From NCBI RefSeq assembly GCF_009914755.1, contig NC_060933.1: a stretch of DNA of 64,000 nucleotides; one strand, given 5' to 3'. Made by a program: the position numbers and the translations under genes. The stretch's first letter is position 1; each line of letters starts with the position of its first letter. Origin of the DNA: the human T2T-CHM13v2.0 reference genome, Homo sapiens. This document shows, piece by piece, positions 55,149 to 64,000 of this stretch. The notes under the pieces were generated by a model that made no database searches, was not told where the DNA came from, and worked only from the letters and a program-made list of their open reading frames with translations.

Positions 55149-58100
55149 CTCCTTTACTTTTTAGAGCCCCTAGGAGCAGAGTTAGGGGTAGAAGTGTGTC
55201 CTGGGGTCCAGCTCGATCCCTTTCCTCAGCTCACAGGACCCTCTGATGGAGCCTTCCACAAGCCCCACAACCCAGACTGCTGGGCTCGTCATTATGGTTG
55301 GAAACCACAGTCATTTTCTTAAAACTTCACTCGGTGCCCATTGCCCCACCAGACTGGGACCTGCAGAGGACAAGGGTTGGGTGGGTGCAGCATGCCAGGG
55401 TCAGCATAGACTTAGTGCGGGGATGGGTGGTGAGTCAAGCCGGGGCCCTCCGAGGCAGCACTGGGTCAGCTTTCAGAGCATCGGTCCTGGGACTTTCTCT
55501 GTGGCGTCCTCCCGGTGGCCATGCCCTCCAGCCACGGGAACTCTCCCTTGTAGCCCAGGGTACTTGGCATCTCAGGAAGGCCCTGCGTTCCAGGTGGGCC
55601 AGGAACCCCTGCACAACTCATCTGATGGAACCAAGTGGACAGGAGACTAACCCAAGATGCTCTGTGCTCCAAAAGTCACTGAGTCTCTTGAGAACAGCCT
55701 TTGACCCAGTGGTGGGGAGGCCCCGTGGCCTGGTCGTGGCCGTGGTCAGATCACCGTGGCCAGGGTGAGTGAGGACGTGTGCTGGACGGTAGCCTTGTTT
55801 TCTCTGGACAGTGCTGGAGCTCATCTGGGACTCCACCACCACCCAGTGCTTGCCCGCGACCAGTGGCTCCTGTGAGGAGGGGACCCCGTGGCCCGTGGCT
55901 CCCGTGCTCCTGCGTGGACCGCATGCCCTCAGTTCTGGCTTCTCCTGGCCGCCTCGAGTCCCACAGCCGAGAGGGAAGACTCCCGAGAGAGCTCCACCCA
56001 GAGGCGCTGCTGAGGGCCCACCCTGGCCGCGTGCGACCAAACCCTCCTGAATTGTTCACCTTAGAGCCAGTGTGTGTAGCTCATCTTAATCATTGAGTTT
56101 GCATTTGTTTTAGAGTGAAAATATGATTTGCCCCAGGTGAGGCCCAGCTCCGGAATGAATGTGCTGTGCTTTATGCCCAGGACTTGGGCTCTCCCTGGGG
56201 TCCAACGGTTGCCCCTGTTGCATCCTCCTCACCCCAGCTTTCCCCCCAAGGCAGGAAGGGACACTGAGGCGGCAGGTCTGGGATGGGCATTAGGACTCGC
56301 TTCCTGCCCTGCAGGGCTCCAGAATCACTGGGGAAGCCCGAGGAGAGCTCAGGAGTTGAAATTCAGCCCGTGGAACCGGGATCCTTGATCCTCATATCCA
56401 CCTGGTCTCTGCCTGAAGCTGGGTGACCTCAGGCAGGTGACACTTCCGCTCTGCACCTTGGGTGCCCTTCTGTGGAATGGACTCACTTTTGGCACCTGTG
56501 AGGGGATGAGGTGGGCTCAGTGGGCACTTGGTGCTTGGCCCTGGGCCTGGCTTGTGGTCAGCACTTTCAGTGGACAGCTGTGGTTTGGGGACCCACTGTT
56601 CCCCTAACCATCTGCCCACGTGTTTGGACTTCTGGGCCCAGGCTGCCTGGAACAGGGGGGCCTAGGACCTGTGCAGACCCCATCTTCCAGGGGAGTTGCC
56701 GACCTGGGGGACATGAGCCATCTTTGCCACACCGTGGGAAGGGATTACCAGGGAGGGAGCCCACATCAGGGTCAGGGAGCCCAAAGAGGGACAGACACAA
56801 AGTCCAGGCAGCATTGCCGGAGCCCTGGATCCAGCCACGCCAGGAGCTGCTGTGATTCTGCAAGCGTTCACTGCTTACAAGGCAACTGAACAGTCATCTT
56901 CCCCTTTTGACCTCTAGCGACCACCCCTCAAGATCACTGGGAAACTGAGGCCTGAGAGGGAAGGACAGCATTGAAGGTTGTCCAGGAGGTTAGAGCAGAC
57001 GGGAGGAGAGCCCCGGCCTCCAGGTCTCCTTCCCACGGGAGCCCGCTGGCTGGGTGTGTGGGCCGCCTGCCTGAGCCGCTGCTGTGGGAACCACCCGCTT
57101 CCTGAGCTCCCCTGAGCCCCCGCCCGCTGCCAAGCCAGCCTGGGAAAGCCCCTGTGGCGGTGAGCTCGGGGCTCAGAGCAGACCCTTGACCCAAAGCCTG
57201 TCACAGCAGACGCCGCATCCTCCCCTTTCCTCCCAGCCCGCGTGGCTAGGCTGGGGTCTGCCCTGCTAGCGGCCTCTGGCCTGGAGCCTTCTCCTGCCTA
57301 GGCCCAGCAGTGGGCCCCCCACCAGCATGGACCCTTCTGTAGTCCCTGCGCCCACCTCCTCAGTCCAGAGCCAGCTGGGGCAGGCTGGCCGCACAGCACA
57401 TTGAGGAGAGGCTGTTGGCTCTATCGGGAAACGGCGACCCGATGTCCTCCCACATGCTGAGCTGCACCCACCCTGCCAGCAGGTGCTTCGGGAGACTCAG
57501 AGGTTCCTGGTGGGGTCAGAGGCACCTAGGACCCCAGGGCCAGGCCCTCGTTTCTGTTTACTCCTGGAAGAAGAGAGTTCTTGTCCTCCCTGGCAGGAGC
57601 TGGGCTTCAACAAGTCCCCTGAGGGCCCCTGGACCCTGGCAGTCCCTGCGCTGAGCCAGGAGCCGCTGCGGACCAACCAGACCAGGGTCTGACACCTGCC
57701 GGGCTGAGTCTGGTTTCTGTTTCTCAGGTCACAGAGGGGTTTGGTGGCTGGCGTGGGGGCCATGGAGCTGGGTTCTCAGGCGACTCTGCTGCGTCCACAC
57801 TGTTCCCTCAGTCAGCTCCATGTTCTCACCTGTACAGTGGGGCTATGGTGAGACACGCAGGGGGTGGCTGATCAGGTGCGCTCAGCATGAGGCCAGCAGG
57901 CAAGACCCCTGCCCAGAAAGCTGTGGGGCCACCTGCCCACCTGACAGGGCCTGGACCATGCCCTCCATGCGAGAGCGAACTGCCCAAAGCAGCTGCCCCG
58001 GGACAAATCTCCCCCTCCCTGGCCCCGTCATACCCCAGGCCCTGGGATTTCCAGAGGCCCACGGGCTTGTGGCTCAGAGCTTGGGAAGTGCTCAAGGGGA

Positions 58101-59269
58101 GGGGCCCAGGACTAGGCAGAAGGGCAGGATTGGGGACAGGGCCGTGGGACTCCTATAGTGACCGCAGGGAGGAGCAGCCCAGGTCACAGCAGAAGGGGCT
58201 GAGGAGGGGGGTTGTTGCACGCTGAGGGTGGGTGTGAACCTGACCAGGAGGCAGCTGCCAGCCTCACCTGGGAGGGGCGCCCTGCAGCCACGCCTGGCAG
58301 GAGGTCCCTGGAGCCTGCCCGCAGCCTCCTGCCTTGCCCCAGAGGCTGCATTGTCTCCCGCTGGAGAGGCAGGGAGGGCTTCCAGGAAGGGGCACAGCGG
58401 GCAGCACCCCAGGCCTGGAGCTAATGCGCTGGCTGCATGAAGGAGCCGGCCCCGACCAGCCCAGCTGCCTGCAGGCCGGGACCTGGGGGCCGAGGCCCAA
58501 AATGGAATCTGACAGCTAAGCCCAGCTCAACCAGGTCAGGGCCCACCTCTGGGGTGCAGTAAACAGGAAAGTCCACAGGGGACCAGAGGCTGCCACGAGA
58601 AAGGAAAGGGCTGGGCCAGAGGGTTTCACAAGATGTTTCAGATCAGCAGGAAATGGTGACTTCTCACTGTCTGACTCCACTGGCCTTATTGAGCCAGCAC
58701 TGCGGCCAGCAACCGCGCTGGGTGTGTCTGTGAATTTCAAGGGAGCCCACACGTGGGCGGCAGTCGCCCCGCTGGACTCCCAAGAGGAAGCCCCAGCTCC
58801 CAGCCTCACCTCTCACCCCGTCCTAGTGAGGCCCTTCTGCGTGTGCGGTGATTCTGGACCTGCCCAGGCTCCCGGCTGGAGCTGGGCATGAGAAACTGAG
58901 GCCCAGCAGGGTCTGGGCTGACCCAAGGGTCCCCGCCTCCCATTGATGGGGCCCCACAAAGAAGCCCCAGGTGTCTCGGCAGGTCCCTGGCCCTTCTGAA
59001 TCATTCCCCAAAATGTAAAGCTGGCTTTGTGCATCTTCTAGCGTGAGAACTGTTTGAAATTGGGTGGGCCAGGCAGTGTGAGGCCCCGCAAGCGCAGTCC
59101 TGGGTTGGGTCAGCCATGCAGCGTGAGGCCCTGCAAGCGGAGTCCTGGGTGGACAGAGCACCGCACTCCCGGCATCTGTGCACGGCCATGCAGGCCCAGC
59201 TCCTTTCCGGAGAAGGTCCCGGCTCTGTAGAGGGGTCCTCGCTCTGTTCCAGATGGAGTCCAGATTCCT

Positions 59270-59560
59270 TCTGACGACCGTGTGTCCTAAGAGGCATAAA
59301 ATGCTCGCATTTTTGACCTAGTGATTCTCCTTCTGGGAGTTTATCCCGAGGAAATAGCACGAAGCCAGAAAACCTTCCGTGGGAGACGCCCCCGCCCGCG
59401 TTATTTATAACCGGGAGAAGCTGGAGCCGGCCCAGATGCAGGGGAGGCCCGGCTGGGAAAACCATCCCCTGTCTGTCTAATTGAATGATGTGCAGTTGTT
59501 AAAAGCAATGCCTGTGGAAAGTTCTAACAACGTGGGAAACACTCATTATGGGATGGGAGG
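59270..59560 (+). mobile_element. Old L1M fragment
   Basis: TTTGACCTAGTGATTCTCCTTCTGGGAGTTTATCC resembles the L1 ORF2 3' region. Confidence 0.6.
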
Positions 59561-61137
59561 TAGAGACGTGGATGTGTCGGCCGCCAAGGACTCTCAGCCG
59601 GCAAAGCAGACCAGGGCTGTGAATTCGAGACCTGCGCGTGTGGGAGGGAGGAGGTGCCCCATGGCCACCCCGGCCGTCCTGCAGGGGAAGAGGTGGTATG
59701 GGTTCTGCCAGGTTCCGCCCCGGTCCTGGCCACATGGTGATCTATGGGGGACCCTCTTACCAAAATGAATATGATTTATGGGACTCTATCTTCACCCCAA
59801 CTCAGAGACTTTCCCCATGAGGCCGCAGGGGTCAGGATTCCAAGGTCTGTCTCTGAGTTTCTGAGTGGGCGGGGTGAGTAGGTGGCAGGGGAGGAGCCAG
59901 TTCCCACTGGGGCCAGCAGACCCCCTCCCTAATGGGCAGAGAGTCCCCTTGGGGCCTGCTCCAGCTGTCCTGGGAATGGTTTCCAGGCCCCAGGCCTTTG
60001 GGATGCAGCAATGACACCGGCTGTGGGGGTCGCAGCCCCAAAGGGGAGGGAAGAGTCAGTGGCTCCTGGGGAGTCCCGCAGATGCTCCCTCCACATTCCC
60101 CGAACCTCCGTCCCTCTCCAATCTATGTGGCTCACCCTTCCCACCCGCTCGGCTGCTGCGAGCCCGCGAGGCCCTTGAGGCCAGGCACAGGGCTGGACGT
60201 GGCAGGTGCCCATGAACAAGGAGGGATGAAGACTGAGGCAGGATGGGGCGGGTTGTCAGGGATCTGATCAGGGGAGGGTGGAACCCCTCCACCAACACCG
60301 TGTGCTGACACTGGAGTGAGGCCTAGGCCTCTGGATGGGGAAGGTGGGGGACAAGGACCTGAGCCCCCAAGGGCCAGCGGGTCCCAAGGAGCACAGAGCC
60401 CTGGGGTGGGGACAAGGGACCCCTGCCTTCGGCTGAGTCCCTGGACCCCGACCCCGGAAGCACCAGGCCTGGGGCGCAGCCACCTCTGGCCAGCAGCGGC
60501 CGGGTCTGCCAGGCCAGAAGGCAACTCAGGACTCAGTGCGGCCGGCACTCTGCCCTCCCCCTAACCAGGGCGGGCCGAGGAGAGGCCTTCGCACCCCAGG
60601 TGCACAGGTGGTCCCCGGTGGGCTCTCACGGCAGCAAGGGGTAACAGCAAACGACTGGGCAGCCGAGGGCTCTGCTTCTCTTTTGTCTGACTCGTCATCA
60701 CAACAGCCCTGTGAGGTGGGTCCACGTTAAAGACCGGGTGAGGAAAAGGCAGAGGCCGGTGGGGCCCAGACCACTCCAGCAGCCACTCAGGCCCCAAGGA
60801 GGTCCCGGGACTCCAGGGAGATCTCCTGGGGAGAGGATCTGAGCCTCTGCGAGACCCCAAAGCTGGCGAGCCACGGGAAGGCGGACACGCGGGAAAAAGG
60901 CGGACACGCGGGAAAAAGGCAGATATGCGGGAAGGCGGACGGCCAGGGCTTCTGTCCCTCAGGCTGCCCTGAGCCCCATGCCCCACACTGGCCACTGGCA
61001 CCCATCCCAGATAGAGCAGCTGGGAACTGACCCGGGCCAGGGAGTGGCCGTGGCTGGGCTTTGTACATCTCCCGGCAAACAATCTGTCCTTTCTACTGAA
61101 GACTTGAGTGCGAGGATGATCTACAGCCCCAGGGAGC

Positions 61138-61503
61138 TGCCTGGGCTTGCGGGGAGGGTCTGCCAGGGCTGGGGGGGGATGGTCTGCCCGGGCTGTGGGG
61201 GGGGGAGGGTATGCCAGGGCTGGGGGGGAGGGTCTGCCAGGGCTGGTGGGGAGGGTCTGCCCGGGCTGGGTGGGGGAGGGTATGCCAGGGCTGGTGGGGG
61301 AGGGTCTGCCCGGGCTGTGGGGGGAGGGTCTGCCAGGGCTGGGGGGGGAGGTTTTGCCAGGGCTGGTGGGGAGGGTCTGCCCGGGCTGTGGGGGGAGGGT
61401 CTGCCAGGGCTGGGGGGGGAGGTTTTGCCAGGGCTGGGGGGGAGGGTCTGCCCGGGCTGTTGGGGGAGGGTCTGCCTGGGCTGTGGGGGGAGGGTCTGCC
61501 CGG
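61138..61503. repeat. G-rich minisatellite, ~23-25-bp unit, ~15 copies
   Basis: (GGGGAGGGTCTGCCAGGGCTGGG)n with variants. Confidence 0.93.
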
Positions 61504-61969
61504 CCCCCTGTGAATTTCGGGCCTATAAGGTGCCCCGGGTACGGCAGACATTTTTCTCACCATTAATCATTTCCATACCTACATAAGATGCAAACGAGGC
61601 GAGGTGAGATGTCTTTCTCCACCCTGCACAGCGGATGGGATGGGCCCAGGCTGGCCTCCCCCAGGCTGCTATGCGTGGGAGGGGCTCCCTCGGCCCTTCC
61701 CCAGGTGCTGCAGCCTCTGTCCCTTTCACTGTGCTCAGGGCCACACCAGGCCCCTGAGGCTGGAGAGTGCAGTCTCCGCCTCTCAGAAGGGGCTGGGCGG
61801 CAGGACCCTCGGGGAAGCCCTGCTCTGTGACTGCTGATGAGCCCATTCGCCCGCCGCGCCTCAGTCTTCTCTCCTGAAAACCAGGCAGCGCTTCCTTCCT
61901 TCAGGGGGGCTGGAAGAGCCCCTGGCTCCCGGGCGGTCCTGGGGACCGGCAGAGGCCCTCAGACCTGAG

Positions 61970-62310
61970 CACTTCCCTGAGCATGAATGGGAACGACCAG
62001 GAACGAAGTCTGACCCAGGCCACGTGCGGAGAAGCCCCGAAAACCCTGTACTCTGTGAGGCAGCAGACACCCAGGCCACACGTGGTCACATTCCATTGCC
62101 ATGAGACGCCCAGAGCAGGCCAGCCCGGGGATCCGGGTGCAGAGAGCGGATGGGACCAGGGAGGGGGTGATGGCTCCTTAGCGGGTAGGGAGCTCCTTAA
62201 AAAACGTTTGGGAGTCAGAGGCAGCGCCACACGACCTCCGGCTGCACCGAATGCCACGGGGCTGTACGGTTTTGATGGATGTGAGTTTCAACTCAATTTG
62301 AAAAACAGAA
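61970..62310 (+). mobile_element. Highly diverged L1MB-type 3'-end fragment
   Basis: CAGACACCCAGGCCACACGTGG..ATTCCATT..ATGAGACGCCCAGA; AATGCCAC; TGTGAGTTTCAACTCAAT. Confidence 0.6.
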
Positions 62311-63267
62311 GGGGTGCAGGTCGCCCTCTCTGGGCGGCAGGCCCCACCCCAGCTGGAGGGGAGGTGATCTGCCCACAGGCTGTGGGTGGGGCTCAAACCC
62401 GGGTCTCTAACGGCCAATCGAAAGTGCAGAGAAGCCACCCGGACTCAGTTTCCCCTTCCAAAATAGAGGTCTTGTTCTGGGGACCAAGGGCCTGTGTTCC
62501 CGAGGGCACCCTTAGAGCAGGAACAGGCTGGAGGAGTCATGGGCGGGGTAGGGAGGGAGAGGGTGGTGGTGGGGGCTGAGTGGGGCCATTCACAGCTCCT
62601 TAGGAGGGACAGCCCTCCACCCACATCCGGGGCGGCTGATGGCCTGAGGCTGGGCCTGACCCTGTCCCCAAATAGCTCCTGTCCCCTGCCATGTCCCTGC
62701 GGCCCCTCACCCCGGGTACAGGCCTCTGTTCCCCTCCTCTGAGCTGGGGCGGGCAAGGGACCAGGAAGCTGGCCAGGCATGGTCTGGAGCCAGGGCCAGG
62801 GCTGAGCTGAGGCCTCTGCTTCCTGTCAGGTCCCAACTAGCACTTGAACCCTGTCTAACACGGTAAGCACAGGCCCTGGACCCCTGTGGTGACCGCCTCA
62901 GCCGGGACTGGGAGGGTGTGACACAGCCCCCATCCTGTGTCCTGGCCTGGTTGCCCCAGGCCCTCCTGCTGGAGGCCCAGGAAGATCTGGCGCCGGCCCC
63001 TGCACTGTTTGGTCACCATGTTCAAGCCCCTTCCCTCCTCCAGGCCGCTGCTCTCACTTCAGCCGCCTCTTCAGAGAACCTCCCCAGCCCTCACCCCTTC
63101 TCCCTGCAAGATAAATCCCCCGGCAGCCCTACCCTCACCTCCACGGACTCCTCCCTGCCCCACCTCGCAGGTGATGACCAACTCTCAGGGGGGTTGGGGG
63201 AGCCCAGAGCATGTGGGGGCTTTCACCCACTCGACACCAAGCCCAGGTTCCTGTTGACTGTCCAGGG

Positions 63268-63985
63268 CTGTATGTGTGCCTCTGTGTGTGCACTTGTGTG
63301 TCTGTGCACATGTGTTTGTGTGTGCATGTGTTTGTGTGTACGTGTGTGTGTGCAAGTGTCTGCATGCACGTGTGTATCTGTGTGTGCATATGTCTGTATG
63401 CGCATGTGTGTGCACGTGTTTGTGTGTGTGCATGCGTGTGTTTGCGTGTACGTGTGTGTGCATGCATCTGTGTGTGCGTGTGTGTCTCTGAGTGCATCTG
63501 TGCCTGTGTGTCTCTGTGTGTGCATGTGTCTGTGTGTATACTGGTGTGTGCCTGTGTGTATCTGTGTGTGCATGTGTGTGTCTCTGTGTGTGTACTGGTG
63601 TGTGCATGTATCTGTGCGTGCATGTGTCTGTGTGCATGTGTCTCTGTGTGTGTAGTGGTGTGTGTATGTGTGTGTCTCTGTGTGTACTGGTGTGTGCATC
63701 CGTTGGAGCATGTGTGCATGTGTGTGTGTCTGTGTGCACGTGTGTGCACGTGTGTCTGTGTGCATGTGTGCATGTCTGTGTCTCTGTGTGTGTACTGGTG
63801 TGTGCATGTGTGTCTCTGTACTGGTGTGTGCATGTGTGTGTCTCTGTGTGTGTACTGGTGTGTGCATCTGTTGGAGCATGCGTGCACGTGTGTGTGTCTG
63901 TGTGTACATGTGTGCATTGTGTGTGCAAGTGTGTCTGTGTGCACTGTGTTTGTGTGTACATGTGTCTCTATGTGTGTGTGTATTG
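63268..63985. repeat. Complex (TG)n/(TGCA) microsatellite
   Basis: About 720 bp of interrupted TG alternation. Confidence 0.96.
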
Positions 63986-64000
63986 TTTGGGTGGGGGTCC

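Noticed and set aside
63135-63961. His/Thr-rich and Cys/Val-rich ORFs
   Set aside because: Translation of the (CA)n/(TG)n microsatellite

Overview
Human (primate) genomic DNA covering the 5' part of NOTCH1 on the minus strand: exon 1 (ATG at 39645) through most of exon 19, encoding the signal peptide and EGF-like repeats 1 to ~27, plus ~24 kb of upstream sequence. All coding exons were placed from splice sites and join in frame; intron 5 has a GC donor. The window also holds MIR4673 (end of intron 4), MIR4674 and probably NALT1 at the CpG-island promoter, three large G/C-skewed VNTRs in intron 2, further minisatellites, about 14 Alu copies, MIR/L1 remnants, an MLT1 LTR and a complete MST-type MaLR element with 5-bp TSDs. 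Intron 2 is 22.8 kb, about 2.8 kb longer than I recall for GRCh38, which suggests a long-read assembly with longer VNTR alleles. No new protein-coding system is supported. The best leads are RNA-level: (i) exon 5 is flanked by a GC donor and a miRNA hairpin covering its branch point, (ii) the intron-9 VNTR carries copies of the exon-9 donor just after the ligand-binding EGFs, and (iii) two intron-2 VNTRs are near-inverted copies of each other. There are also several motif-dense enhancer candidates.
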